Below, piece after piece: positions 39,287-49,285 of a DNA stretch of 64,000 bases. The stretch's first letter is position 1; each line of letters starts with the position of its first letter. The notes under the pieces were generated by a model. That model ran no database searches. It had not been told where the DNA came from and saw nothing but the letters and a program-made list of their open reading frames with translations. A program made the translations under genes and the position numbers. The DNA comes from an uncultured Gemmatimonadales bacterium. GTDB lineage: Bacteria > Gemmatimonadota > Gemmatimonadetes > Longimicrobiales > Longimicrobiaceae. The DNA lies in contig OY970303.1 in assembly GCA_963716255.1 (NCBI GenBank), positions 3,456,001 through 3,520,000 of the forward strand, given 5' to 3'.

Positions 39287-39736
39287 CTACCGCACCACCA
39301 CGCGCTTCTCGACGGTGATGCGCATGCCGCTCTGCGGGGTGTCCGGCCCCACGCGTCGCCCGAGCAGGCGGACCACGGCCTCGCCCGGCGTGGCGAAGCG
39401 GAGGACCACGGTGTGAGGGAGGTAGCGGAGGATGTCCGTGCACGAGGCCGAGCGCGCCGTGTAGTCGTACGGGGTCATGGTGGCGACGCCGCCCTGCACG
39501 TCCACTTCGGTCTCGCCGGCGCGCTCGCACCCGCCGCCCAGCGTGGTGGCCGACACCTGGAAGTCCACGCCCGCGCGTACCGTGTCGGGGGCGACGAGCG
39601 CGGCGGGCGGTTCCGTCTGGTACAGGCGGAGGATGCCGACCCTGCGGTCTTCCGGCTCCTGCTCGCCGGGGGACGCCGCGCAGGCCGCCAGCACCACGGC
39701 GAGGGCTCCGGCGGCTGGGAGACGACGGAGGCTCAT
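39287..39736 (-). CDS. Hypothetical lipoprotein
   Basis: Lipobox LAA-C; SD AGGAG; paired cysteines. Confidence 0.7.
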   Translation of the reverse strand: MSLRRLPAAGALAVVLAACAASPGEQEPEDRRVGILRLYQTEPPAALVAPDTVRAGVDFQVSATTLGGGCERAGETEVDVQGGVATMTPYDYTARSASCTDILRYLPHTVVLRFATPGEAVVRLLGRRVGPDTPQSGMRITVEKRVVVR

Positions 39737-39960
39737 GGCGGCTCCTGGTCCGGGGTGGGAAGGGGCGGGGGCACTCCCGCCGTGCCAGGACGATGCCGCT
39801 GCGGCAACGGTCACCGGGTGCGCGGGCCGCTGCCGCGGGACCGGCACGACGAGGCCGCCAAGTTGAAGAGGTGGCGGCGCGCCGTTAGCTTTGCGGTGCT
39901 GCGCGGGCGCCCATCTGCCCCACGACGGCCTCCCTCGATAGCTCCCGGCTGCTCCGGAAC

Positions 39961-40359
39961 ATGGCCATGGATTCGCACTTGCGCCCGACCGCGGGCGCTC
40001 CTCCCGCGCGGTGTGGCCGCGTCGCGGGAAACACGCAGGGGGTCGTCGTGTTCGGCGCCCTGGTGCTGGTGGTGGTCGTGGTGGTCGCGGCGGTGCTGCT
40101 GGGCAAGGTCGTGCGCTACAAGTACCCGGACACCTACCATGCCCGCTTCGAGGAGCGGCAGCTCCGCTACGCGGTGGTGCCGCTGGAGGTCCGCGACGGC
40201 GCGCGGGTCACCGCCCGGCTGGCGCCCCGCGACTCGGTGTGGGTATTCGGCATGGAGAACGGCGACGTGGTGGTGTTCCGCGGCCCCGAGGGAGATGCCG
40301 TGCTGGGCTTTGCGCCGGCGGCGGGGCTGTCGCCGGTGAGGCCCGCGCCCGCGCGGTAA
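39961..40359 (+). CDS. Hypothetical single-TM protein
   Basis: One TM helix; followed by a hairpin at ~40385-40418. Confidence 0.55.
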   Translation: MAMDSHLRPTAGAPPARCGRVAGNTQGVVVFGALVLVVVVVVAAVLLGKVVRYKYPDTYHARFEERQLRYAVVPLEVRDGARVTARLAPRDSVWVFGMENGDVVVFRGPEGDAVLGFAPAAGLSPVRPAPAR

Positions 40360-40448
40360 GGCGCAAGCGGGGTGCGGGAACGGAGAAGGGGGCCGGGATC
40401 GAGATCCCGGCCCCCTTCCGTCTTTCCGGCCGGCCGCGGAGCCCGCGG

Positions 40449-40793
40449 TCAGCCCAGCCAGCCCTCCGTCCCGCCGCCGGACATCGTGTCCTGGACGGGG
40501 TCGCGCCGGGGCGCGGCCGCTTCGCGCTCGGCGCCGGTCATGGGGTGGACGAGCACGTTGGAGGCGGCCGCGTAGAAGGGCGGCGCGCCCGGCGTGTCCA
40601 GGCGGATCTGGAGGAGCCGGCTTCCGTCGCCCGTCCTGCCGTGGATGGCGGCGACCTCGCCCTTGCCCATGGTGCAGAACACTTCTTCGCCCACCAGCGG
40701 CATGCGGTCGGTGCCGGTGGGCCACCCCGGCCGCTCTTCGCCGTCCACGTGCAGCTTTACGTTGTGCATCCGCTTGGCGGCGTGGAGCTTCAT
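40449..40793 (-). CDS. Hypothetical protein
   Basis: GC3-biased ORF with a plausible SD. Confidence 0.6.
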   Translation of the reverse strand: MKLHAAKRMHNVKLHVDGEERPGWPTGTDRMPLVGEEVFCTMGKGEVAAIHGRTGDGSRLLQIRLDTPGAPPFYAAASNVLVHPMTGAEREAAAPRRDPVQDTMSGGGTEGWLG

Positions 40794-40946
40794 GGCATCT
40801 CTCGTGGTCCGGGTACGAAAAACCCGCGGGGCTCGTCGGCGGGACGAACACCGCGGGCGGCCGCGGCCGGGGCCCCATGGCTCCCGGCGCGCGCAGCACC
40901 TCTCCCTACACCCCAGGCAAGAAAGGGTCCATCCCGCACAGCCGGC

Positions 40947-41909
40947 TCACCCGGCCGGCTCCGCGTCCCCGCCGCGCTTTGCCTGGGGTCCGCGCACGTG
41001 CCGCTCCTCCTGCACCACCCGCACCGCCCCCGTCTCCGGCACCACCCCCTCGCCACGGTGCTCCGCCCAGCTCTGTGTGAACTCCGCCCCGAAGAGCACG
41101 ATCATGGACGCGTAGTAGATCCACACCAGCAGGATGGCCAGGGAGCCGGCCGCCCCGAACACCTCGCCGGGGTTGCTCCGCCCTAGGTAGAAGCCGATGG
41201 CGGACTTGCCGATCATGAACAGGAGCCCGGTCACCAGCGCGCCCACCCACACGTCCCGCCAGGCCACCTCGGCGTCGGGGACGATCTTGAACATGGCCGC
41301 GAACAGGAGGGTGATCACCCCGAAGGAGACCACGAAGTTCAGGACATGCAGCAGCACCTCGCCCAGACCCGGGACCATGCGCCCCATCACGCCGCCCACG
41401 GCGGAGATGGCGGCGGTCAGCGCCAGCGACACCAGCAGCAGGAACGCGATGGCGATGACCATCCCGAAGGAGAAGATGCGCTTGACCAGGAAGTTCTTGA
41501 TGCCGCCCAGTGCCGGGTCCGGCTTGACCTCCCACACCTTGTTGAGCGCGCCCTGGAGCTGGCCGAACACGCCGGTGGCGCCCACCAGCAGGGTGGCGAC
41601 GCCCAGGATGGCGGCCACCGGCCTGCCCGCGTCGGGGGTCTTGGTTTCCTGAGCCTTTTCGAGGATGGTGCGGATCTCGTCGCCGCCGGCCTGCCCGAGC
41701 AGGCTCCCGAGCTGCCCGTGCAGCGCCTCGCGCACGTCCTGCGGGTCCATCACCGCCCCCACGATCATCACGACCAGCAGGAGCAGCGGGGGGAGCGCGA
41801 ACACGGTGTAGTACGAGAGCGCCGCCGCCATGGTGGTGCACTCGTCGTTGAAGAAGTCGTTGACGGACTGCTTGAGGAGCTGGAAGATGCTCTTCACCTC
41901 GAATGCCAT
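40947..41909 (-). CDS. YihY/BrkB family membrane protein
   Basis: AAALSYYTVFALPP, FGAAGSLAILLVWIYY...LFGAEF. Confidence 0.92.
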   Translation of the reverse strand: MAFEVKSIFQLLKQSVNDFFNDECTTMAAALSYYTVFALPPLLLLVVMIVGAVMDPQDVREALHGQLGSLLGQAGGDEIRTILEKAQETKTPDAGRPVAAILGVATLLVGATGVFGQLQGALNKVWEVKPDPALGGIKNFLVKRIFSFGMVIAIAFLLLVSLALTAAISAVGGVMGRMVPGLGEVLLHVLNFVVSFGVITLLFAAMFKIVPDAEVAWRDVWVGALVTGLLFMIGKSAIGFYLGRSNPGEVFGAAGSLAILLVWIYYASMIVLFGAEFTQSWAEHRGEGVVPETGAVRVVQEERHVRGPQAKRGGDAEPAG

Positions 41910-42070
41910 GATCCCCCCTGTTCGCCGCGCTTCCGGTCACGCTCGAGCCGGCGGAGCCTTGCAAGCGTGGCGCCAGTGCGGCGGACGGTGGTCGCGCCGG
42001 ACGGAACGGGGACGGTCGAGGAGTGGAGGAAGACGCCGGGCGCGCCGGATTCGAGGTCGGGAAGGCAGTT

Positions 42071-42207
42071 GCGTGAGGGATTCCGGCCCGAAGGGGCGAG
42101 ACCCGGCGGGGCTGTTTCCGCCGGGGCTCGACTCCGTTACGCAGCGTTGTTTGCTGCGTTACGGAGCCGAAGCCCGACCCCGGCGCCAGCCGGGGGCACG
42201 CCCGAAC
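42071..42207 (+). repeat. Structured intergenic repeat family 1, copy E
   Basis: GCGTGAGGGATTCCGGC...CTCCGTTACGCAGC..GCTGCGTTACGGAG...CACGCCCGAAC. Confidence 0.9.
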
Positions 42208-42253
42208 CCGCCGTCAGCCGGATCCGGTCTTACGGGCTCGGCTCCCGCACGCG

Positions 42254-44374
42254 CTACGGGCGGCCGGGGCGGTACACCATCCCCAGGGAATCCACCGCCA
42301 GGGTGTCGGCGGCCAGCGAGTCGGGCGGCAGGGCTCCCAGGAAGATGGAGTCGGCGGGGAGGGTGTCGCCGGAGGGGACCAGCAGCCCGTCCTGGAGCAT
42401 GCACGCGCCCCGCGGCTCCGTGCCCGACACGAAGTACTCGGTGCGCACCGGGCCGGCGGGGCAGGGCGCCGTGAGCGGCTGTCCCGTGGCGCCGTCCACC
42501 GCCACGCGCAGCACGCCCTGCGGCACGCTCCACGGCGCCGGGGTGCGGCGCCGGGCGTACAGGTCGCGCATCATGTCGCCCCAGATGGGGGCCGCCACCG
42601 CGCCGCCGTACGCCCCCGCCCCCAGCGTCCGCGGGGTGTCGAAGCCCACCCACACGGCGGTGACGATCTCCGGGGTGAAGCCCACGTACCACACGTCGGC
42701 GCCGTCGTCGGTGGTGCCCGTCTTCCCGGCCATGGGAACGCGCGCGGGGAGGCGCTGGCGCGCCTCGGTCCCGGTGCCCTTCTCGGCGGCGTCGCGCAGC
42801 ATGTCGGTGACCAGGAAGGCGATGCCGGGGGTGAGCACCCGGGTTCCCTTGCCGCGCGCTTCGAAGAGCGACCTGCCCGAGGCGTCCGCGACGCGGCGCA
42901 CCAGGAAGGGGTCCACACGCATTCCCCGGTTGGCGAAGGCGGTGTACGCCGCCGCCAGCTCCACCGGCCGCACCACGCCGGCGCCCAGCACGGACGAGGG
43001 GTAGGGGCGGATGGGAGCGGAGAAGCCGAAGCGCCGCGCCGCGTCCACCACCTGGTCGAAGCCCACCTGCATCCCCAGCTGGATGGCGACGGTGTTGATG
43101 GACTGGGTGAGCGCCTGGCGCACCGTCACCGGCCCGCGGAAGCGGTCGTCCGAGTTCTTGGGGCGGTACAGCGGGGAGCCGGCCATGGCGATGGCGAGCG
43201 CCGTGTCCTGCACCACCGTGGCCGGGGTGACGCCCCGCTCCAGCGCCACGGCGTACACGAACGGCTTGAACGACGAGCCGGGCTGGCGGCGCGCGGCGGT
43301 GACCCGGTTGTAGTGCGAGTCCTCCCAGTCGCGCCCGCCGGTCATGGCCAGGATCTCGCCGGTGCGCGCGTCCAGCGACACCACCATCCCCTGGAGGTAC
43401 GGGGTGCCCTGCGCGGTGGGCTTCGCGGCCGGGGTGCCGTAGGGGGCGCCGCGGAACCAGGGCTGGCGCTCGGCGCGGCGCAGCCCGCCGGCCAGGGCGC
43501 TGTCGGCGGCGTTCTGGGCGGCGGGGTCCAGCGTGGTCCACACGCGCAGCCCCATCTCCCCGAACCTGGGGCCGTAGCGCTCGGCGAGGAACTGCCTCAC
43601 CTGCTCGATGGCGTACGGGGGCCGGGCGGAGTAGCCGTGGTTGGGGGCAAGGCGGATGGGGCGCGTCCTGGCCGTGGCGGCCTCGGCGCGGGTGATCGCC
43701 CCGTTCTGCGCCATGAGGTCCAGGACCAGGTTGCGCCGCTCCAGGGCCCGCGCCGGGTTGATCTTGGGGGAGTACACCCCCGCGCCCTTGGGGAGGGCGG
43801 CGAGCATGGCCGTCTCCTCGATGGTGAGGCGGGCGGCCGGCTTGCCGAAGTAGTGGCGTGCCGCGGCCTCGATCCCGTACCAGCCGTGCCCGAAGTAGAT
43901 CCAGTTGAGGTACGACTCCAGGATGCGGTCCTTGCCGTAGCGCCTCTCCAGCTCCAGCGCCAGCTCGGCCTCGCGGACCTTGCGCTCCAGCGTCATCTGG
44001 CGGCGGTCCACCCGCTCCGGGTACATGGTCCCGATGAGCTGCTGGGTGATGGTGGAGGCGCCCTCGCGGTCGCCCTCCAGGTTGCTCTTCACCGCGCGGG
44101 CGATCCCCACCGGGTCCACGCCGGCGTGCTCGTAGAAGCGCCGGTCCTCCACCGCCACGAAGGCGCGGGGGACGTAGCGCGGGAGCGACGACATGGGGAC
44201 CCAGGTCCGCACTTTGGGCCCAAGCTCGGCGATGAGCGACCCGTCGCGGGCGTACACCCGGGCGCTCTGGGTGGGCGCCTTCAGGGTGATGGCCCCGGAC
44301 CCCTGCGCGGCGGCGGGGGCGGGGAGCGCCAGGGCGAAGGCGGCGAGGGCGAGGACGCTGCGTATGGCTTTCAT
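42254..44374 (-). CDS. Class A penicillin-binding protein (PBP1A family)
   Basis: EDRRFYEH, GASTITQQL, RKVRE, SSFKP, SIN, KTG. Confidence 0.95.
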   Translation of the reverse strand: MKAIRSVLALAAFALALPAPAAAQGSGAITLKAPTQSARVYARDGSLIAELGPKVRTWVPMSSLPRYVPRAFVAVEDRRFYEHAGVDPVGIARAVKSNLEGDREGASTITQQLIGTMYPERVDRRQMTLERKVREAELALELERRYGKDRILESYLNWIYFGHGWYGIEAAARHYFGKPAARLTIEETAMLAALPKGAGVYSPKINPARALERRNLVLDLMAQNGAITRAEAATARTRPIRLAPNHGYSARPPYAIEQVRQFLAERYGPRFGEMGLRVWTTLDPAAQNAADSALAGGLRRAERQPWFRGAPYGTPAAKPTAQGTPYLQGMVVSLDARTGEILAMTGGRDWEDSHYNRVTAARRQPGSSFKPFVYAVALERGVTPATVVQDTALAIAMAGSPLYRPKNSDDRFRGPVTVRQALTQSINTVAIQLGMQVGFDQVVDAARRFGFSAPIRPYPSSVLGAGVVRPVELAAAYTAFANRGMRVDPFLVRRVADASGRSLFEARGKGTRVLTPGIAFLVTDMLRDAAEKGTGTEARQRLPARVPMAGKTGTTDDGADVWYVGFTPEIVTAVWVGFDTPRTLGAGAYGGAVAAPIWGDMMRDLYARRRTPAPWSVPQGVLRVAVDGATGQPLTAPCPAGPVRTEYFVSGTEPRGACMLQDGLLVPSGDTLPADSIFLGALPPDSLAADTLAVDSLGMVYRPGRP

Positions 44375-44414
44375 GCGGGTCGTGCGGATGGGTTTCGAAC
44401 TGCAACGGCGGGAT

Positions 44415-44546
44415 GCGGGCGTGCCCCCCGGCTGCGCCGGGGGTCGGGCTGCGCGCTGCGTAGGACACGAAACGACCGTGTCCAACGCAGCCGAGCCCCG
44501 CGAACTGCCGCGGGTCTCAGCCCTGCCGGGCGCGCATCCCTCACGC
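44415..44546 (-). repeat. Structured intergenic repeat family 1, copy F (divergent)
   Basis: Same stem layout with compensatory changes (CTGCG/CGCAG, GGACACG/CGTGTCC). Confidence 0.85.
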
Positions 44547-44695
44547 GGGTTGTGGTGCGAGCACGGAAATCTAACCGCGCCGGGCGGGGCGGACGAGGGG
44601 CGGGAGACGGCAAGGATGTTGATTGTTCGGAGAGTGGCGCTTGCTTTGTCGCACTATCTGCGTTCGCCCCCGTCACCGTTTTCCGGGAGGAGATC

Positions 44696-44884
44696 ATGAC
44701 CCGTTCACCGAGACACCTGGCCCGCGCCGTCCTCGGAGCAGCCCTGGTGGCGGCCCTCGGCTTCGGAGCCGCGGAAGCGTTCGCCGCGCCGGCCGGAGCG
44801 CCGGAGGCCGCGCGGATCTGCCCGACCCACTGCGAAGACATAACCGACTGCAAATGCGTGAGCAGCCAGTGCGTGTGCTACTGA
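44696..44884 (+). CDS. Secreted 62-aa Cys-rich peptide
   Basis: SD GGGAGGAG; signal peptide ending AEAFA; C-terminal CPTHCEDITDCKCVSSQCVCY. Confidence 0.75.
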   Translation: MTRSPRHLARAVLGAALVAALGFGAAEAFAAPAGAPEAARICPTHCEDITDCKCVSSQCVCY

Positions 44885-44907
44885 GCTGAGCGCACTTCGC
44901 GCCGGAG

Positions 44908-45423
44908 CTAGCGCGCCACCTCCCAGGCCAGGTGCGCCAGCTCCGGCGCGATCAGCTTTTCCCAGGCCAGCCGCACCGCCGCGGGCGAACCGGGGGTGGA
45001 GAACACCACCCGCCCCCGGAACGTCCCCGCCGTGGCGCGAGACAGCATGGCGGCGGCGCCCACCTGCTCCCAGCTGAGCATGCGGAATAGCTCCCCGAAG
45101 CCTGGGAGCGTCTTTTCCAGCATGCGGCTCAGCACGTCGTAGGTGGTGTCGCGCGGCGAGATCCCCGTGCCGCCGTTGAACACGACCACCCGCGCCTCCC
45201 CCGCCGCCATCTCCTCCAGCGCCGCGCGGACCTGCTCCGGCTCGTCGCGGATCACCCGGTACCCGGCCAGCACGTGCCCCGCCGTCTCGATGCGCTCCCG
45301 CAGGAACGTCCCGTTGGTGTCCGTGTCCGGGGTGCGCGTGTCGCTCACCGTGACCACGGCGACGGGGACGGGGCCGCGTCCGGTGGCGGCAGTGTGGTGG
45401 CGGTCGGAGCTCTCGGAGGACAT
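44908..45423 (-). CDS. moaB: Molybdopterin adenylyltransferase (MoaB/MogA family)
   Basis: [43 protein letters not shown]. Confidence 0.9.
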   Translation of the reverse strand: MSSESSDRHHTAATGRGPVPVAVVTVSDTRTPDTDTNGTFLRERIETAGHVLAGYRVIRDEPEQVRAALEEMAAGEARVVVFNGGTGISPRDTTYDVLSRMLEKTLPGFGELFRMLSWEQVGAAAMLSRATAGTFRGRVVFSTPGSPAAVRLAWEKLIAPELAHLAWEVAR

Positions 45424-45550
45424 GGGCCGGTGCGGGAGTGCGAAAGTGGACGGCAGTACGAAGTACGGAGCACGAAGTACGGAACGGTGGCCTGGACGGG
45501 ATGGGTTGCCGTTCAGCGGTTCCCCTACCGTTCCCAGGTGATGTCGCGGA

Positions 45551-45686
45551 GGGAGACTCACGCGGCTGTTTGCGTGAGGCTCCCGCAGCTGGAGCGGAGA
45601 CACCGGGGCAGTTTCCGGTGGCTCCGCGACCCGCGCAGGAGACGGACGGCTGTTTCGTCCGGCTCCGGAGCGGCCCCCCGGCAAGA
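45551..45686 (+). repeat. Structured intergenic repeat family 2, copy 2
   Basis: Three GAGAC-stem-GGC(A/T)GTT-stem-GGCTC hairpins; matches 6541-6673. Confidence 0.85.
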
Positions 45687-45810
45687 TCCTACCTCACGAG
45701 CCGTCCACGGGCAACGTCCACACACGTTTGCGCTTCCGGAAGTGCGTGCTAGATTGGGTCGTTGCCCCCCCGCACCCGCTCCGCTCCCGGCACCGTCAAC
45801 CCGGAGCCCC

Positions 45811-46578
45811 ATGACCGGTCCCGCGCCCGATGCCACGGACATCCCCGCCACCCCCGCGGACACGGACGGGTTGGCCCGGGACGGCCGCCGGCACTGGCGG
45901 CGCTGGGCGGCGCTGGGGGCGTTCGCCGCGGCGCTGGCGCTGTTCTTCGCGCTGGGCGGGGACGAGTGGCTGCGCTTCGAGACGCTGAAGGCGCACCGTG
46001 ACCAGCTGCTGGCGGCGACGCGCGACCACCACGCGCTGGCGCTGCTGCTGACCTTTCTGGCCTACGTGGCGGTGGTGGCGCTCAGCGTGCCGGGCGCCAC
46101 GGTGGCCTCGCTGGCGGTGGGGTTCCTGTTCGGGCGCTGGGTGGGAACGCTGCTGATCGTGGCGGCGGCGACGATCGGGGCCACGCTGGTGTTCCTGGCG
46201 GCGCGCCACCTGTTCGCGGACGCGGCGCGGCGGCGCCTGGGGCCGCGCGCGCAGCGGGTGATCCACGGCTTTGAAAAGGACGCCGTGAACTACCTCCTCT
46301 TCCTGCGCCTGGTGCCGGTCTTCCCCTTCTGGCTGGCCAACCTGATTCCGGCTTTCACCCCGGTGCGCACACGCACCTACGTGCTCACCACCGCCGCCGG
46401 AATCCTCCCGGGGACCTTCGTCTTCGCCAACCTGGGAGAGTCGCTGGGGCGCATCCAGTCGCCGGACCAGCTTCTTTCCCCTCGGGTCCTGACCTCGCTG
46501 GGGCTGCTGGGCCTCCTCGCCCTCCTCCCCGTCGCGGTCCGGAAGCTACGCACCCCCAAGCCCGGAGACGTGCTATGA
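45811..46578 (+). CDS. TVP38/TMEM64 (DedA-like) membrane protein
   Basis: SVPGAT...GFLFG...GATLVFLAAR; LRLVPVFPFWLAN. Confidence 0.9.
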   Translation: MTGPAPDATDIPATPADTDGLARDGRRHWRRWAALGAFAAALALFFALGGDEWLRFETLKAHRDQLLAATRDHHALALLLTFLAYVAVVALSVPGATVASLAVGFLFGRWVGTLLIVAAATIGATLVFLAARHLFADAARRRLGPRAQRVIHGFEKDAVNYLLFLRLVPVFPFWLANLIPAFTPVRTRTYVLTTAAGILPGTFVFANLGESLGRIQSPDQLLSPRVLTSLGLLGLLALLPVAVRKLRTPKPGDVL

Positions 46579-47384
46579 CGACGACGTACCAGCGCCACAG
46601 GCCTGGCCACACCGACCTCGGGGTGCTCGCGGAGGAGCGTCCCCTCTCCCGCCTGGCGATCGCGGCGTTCGCGCTGGCGCTCCTCGCCGGCCTGCTGGTG
46701 ATGGCCGCGGGTCCGGGGACGCGCGCCGGGTGGTGGGAGTTCGGCACGGGCTTCAGCCTGCTGAAGTGGGGCGCGTACCTGGGGATCGTGGCCGCGGTGG
46801 CGTGCCTTGCCGCGGCGGTGCGCGCCTGGCGGATGAACGGCCGCTGGCTGGCGCTGGCCGGGGTGGCCGTGGCGCTGGCGGCGGTGCTGGTGCCCTGGAG
46901 CTTCAAGCGCGGTGCGTCGGGAGCGCCGCCCATCCACGACGTCACCACGGACACCCGCAACCCGCCGGCCTTCGTGGCGGTGGCGCCGCTGCGGGCCGAC
47001 GCCTCCAACCCGGTGGCGTACGAGGGGGAGGTGGTGGCGGCGCAGCAGCGCCAGGCGTACCCGGACCTCCAGCCGGTGATGATGACGGCGCCGCTCTCGG
47101 TGGTGTTCGACGACGCGCTCGCCGCCGCGCGGGAGATGGGGTGGGAGATCGTGGACTCGAACCGGGAGCAGGGCCGCATCGAGGCCACGGCGACCACCAC
47201 CTGGTTCGGCTTCAAGGACGACGTGGTGATCCGGGTGATGCCGGCGTCCGGGGTGTCGCGCGTGGACGTGCGCTCCAAGTCGCGCGTGGGCCGCGGGGAC
47301 GCGGGCGCGAACGCGGCGCGCATCCGCGGCTACCTGGAGAAACTCCGCAGCCGCCGGCCGCAGGCGGTGGTCGAGGTGGGATGA
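46575..47384 (+). CDS. DUF1499 domain membrane protein
   Basis: PPIHDVTTD, QRQAYPDL, IEATATTTWFGFKDDVVIRV, DVRSKSRVG..DAGANAARI. Confidence 0.88.
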   Translation: MTTTYQRHRPGHTDLGVLAEERPLSRLAIAAFALALLAGLLVMAAGPGTRAGWWEFGTGFSLLKWGAYLGIVAAVACLAAAVRAWRMNGRWLALAGVAVALAAVLVPWSFKRGASGAPPIHDVTTDTRNPPAFVAVAPLRADASNPVAYEGEVVAAQQRQAYPDLQPVMMTAPLSVVFDDALAAAREMGWEIVDSNREQGRIEATATTTWFGFKDDVVIRVMPASGVSRVDVRSKSRVGRGDAGANAARIRGYLEKLRSRRPQAVVEVG

Positions 47385-47551
47385 CCCGCCCGGCGCGCCC
47401 GCGCCGTCACCGCTCCGCGCGCCCGGGGAACTCCGCCTCTCTGTAGCGGGGTACGGAGCCCCGGGCCGGACCGCGACGCTCCACCGGCCCGCCGGTGGAG
47501 CGTTTTTTCGGCTCTCCGGCACCCACCGCGAACCCTGGAGACGGGACCCGG

Positions 47552-47887
47552 ATGCACACGCACTACTACGACTCGCACGACCTCCCCCGCTTCGGCGAGA
47601 TCGGCAGGGACGCCCCGGAGCTGGCGCGCAAGTTCTTCGACTGGTACGAGGCGGTCTTCGCCGAGGGGGCCCTGTCGCAGCGCGAGAAGTCGCTGATCGC
47701 GCTGGCGGTGGCCCACGCGGTGCAGTGCCCGTACTGCATCGACGCCTATTCCTCGGACTGCCTGCAGAAGGGGGCGGACGTGGAGCAGATGACGGAAGCG
47801 GTGCACGTGGCGGCGGCCATCCGGGGCGGCGCCTCGCTGGTGCACGGGATCCAGATGCGCAATCACGCGGACCGGCTGGGGATGTAG
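47552..47887 (+). CDS. Arsenosugar biosynthesis-associated peroxidase-like (AhpD/CMD) protein
   Basis: REKSLIALAVAHAVQCPYCIDAY...IRGGASLVHG; adjacent to arsS. Confidence 0.85.
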   Translation: MHTHYYDSHDLPRFGEIGRDAPELARKFFDWYEAVFAEGALSQREKSLIALAVAHAVQCPYCIDAYSSDCLQKGADVEQMTEAVHVAAAIRGGASLVHGIQMRNHADRLGM

Positions 47888-47890
47888 ACG

Positions 47891-48937
47891 ATGGGACACG
47901 TGCTGCCGACCCTCCAGAAGCGCCACGCCCCGCTCGCCGCCGCGAGGGCGCAGCGGGACGCGCTCGCCGCCGTGCCGACGGCGCGCAGCTTCCAGGCCGC
48001 GCTGGAGGCGTCGGGATTGTTTCCCCTGCGGGCCACGGGGATCGACGTGCTGCAGGTGAACGTGGGCCGCAAGTGCAACCAGACGTGCCGGCACTGCCAC
48101 GTGGACGCGGGCCCTGACCGGCGCGAGATGATGCCGGACGCGGTGATGGACCGGGTGCTGGAGATCATCGAGACCACCGACGTCCCGGTGGTGGACGTCA
48201 CCGGCGGCGCGCCGGAGCTGCACCGCCGCTGGCGCGAGCTGGTGGCGCGCTCCCGGGCCGCCGGCAAGCGGGTGATGGACCGCTGCAACCTGACCATCGC
48301 CCTGCTCCCCAACTACGCCTACCTGCCGGAGTTCTTCGCGGAGCACCGGGTGGAGGTGGTGGCGTCGCTCCCGCACTTCCGCCAGCGCAACACGGACGCG
48401 CAGCGCGGCGACGGGGTGTTCGAGCAGTCCATCGAAGCTCTGCGGCGGCTCAACGCCGTGGGGTACGGGCGCGAGGGGACGGGGCTGGAGCTGAGCCTGG
48501 TGACCAACCCGGTGGGCACCTTCCTCCCCGGAGGCCAGGCGGCGCTGGAGCGCGACTGGAAGCAGCAGATGCGGCGGCTGTACGGGATCGAGTTCACCCG
48601 GCTGTTCACCATCACCAACATGCCCATCTCCCGCTTCCTGGAGCACCTGGAGGAAACGGGGGCGCTGGACGAGTACATGGAGCGGCTGGTGACGGCCTTC
48701 AACCCGGCGGCGGCGGCGGGGGTGATGTGCCGCGGGACGCTGTCGGTGGGGTGGGACGGGACGCTGTACGACTGCGACTTCAACCAGATGCTGGAGCTGC
48801 CCGTGGAGGCGCGTGTGCCGCGCACGGTGTTCGACTTCGATCCGGAGGCGCTGGCCGGGCGCGAGATCGTGCTGGGGCCGCACTGCTTCGGGTGCACGGC
48901 GGGGGCGGGATCGAGCTGCGGGGGCGCGACGGCGTAG
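47891..48937 (+). CDS. arsS: Radical SAM protein, ArsS/DUF3641 family
   Basis: CNQTCRHCH (CxxxCxxC), TGGAPE, LYDCDFNQML, HCFGCTAGAGSSC. Confidence 0.88.
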   Translation: MGHVLPTLQKRHAPLAAARAQRDALAAVPTARSFQAALEASGLFPLRATGIDVLQVNVGRKCNQTCRHCHVDAGPDRREMMPDAVMDRVLEIIETTDVPVVDVTGGAPELHRRWRELVARSRAAGKRVMDRCNLTIALLPNYAYLPEFFAEHRVEVVASLPHFRQRNTDAQRGDGVFEQSIEALRRLNAVGYGREGTGLELSLVTNPVGTFLPGGQAALERDWKQQMRRLYGIEFTRLFTITNMPISRFLEHLEETGALDEYMERLVTAFNPAAAAGVMCRGTLSVGWDGTLYDCDFNQMLELPVEARVPRTVFDFDPEALAGREIVLGPHCFGCTAGAGSSCGGATA

Positions 48938-48964
48938 CCGGGAGCCCGCCCCCGGCCGCACCCG

Positions 48965-49285
48965 TCAGGGGCGGTACTTTTCCCGGCGGCTGCGGACGTA
49001 GGCGCGGAGCACCGCGTTGATGCGGCTCTGGTAGCCGCGGCCCTGCTCCTTGAAGTAGTCCAGCACTTCGGCGTCCAGCCGGATGGAGATGGGCACCTTG
49101 CCGCGGTCCTCCGGCATCACCAGCCGGGCGTCGCGCAGCTCCTTCTCGGTCCACGGCGGGTTGTCCGCGTCGGCGAGGGCGGCGCCCTCGATGTCCGCTT
49201 CCGAGAGCGCGTCGACGCGCTGCCAGTCAGTTCGCCCGGGGGCCAGCGTGTCCCGGGTACGCCGCACGATATGCTCTTCGCCCAT
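48965..49285 (-). CDS. brnA: BrnA family antitoxin
   Basis: TDWQRV...KVPISIRLDAEVLDYFK..GRGYQSRINAVLRAYV; SD GGAGG. Confidence 0.88.
   Translation of the reverse strand: MGEEHIVRRTRDTLAPGRTDWQRVDALSEADIEGAALADADNPPWTEKELRDARLVMPEDRGKVPISIRLDAEVLDYFKEQGRGYQSRINAVLRAYVRSRREKYRP

Noticed and set aside
45455..45482. Short tandem AG(T/C)ACGAAGTACGG duplication, and CTGTTCCCT repeats near 14651-14710
   Set aside because: Only two units each, too short to support a function.
47891..48937. Selenocysteine recoding in ArsS
   Set aside because: No in-frame TGA; the motif is encoded as Cys.
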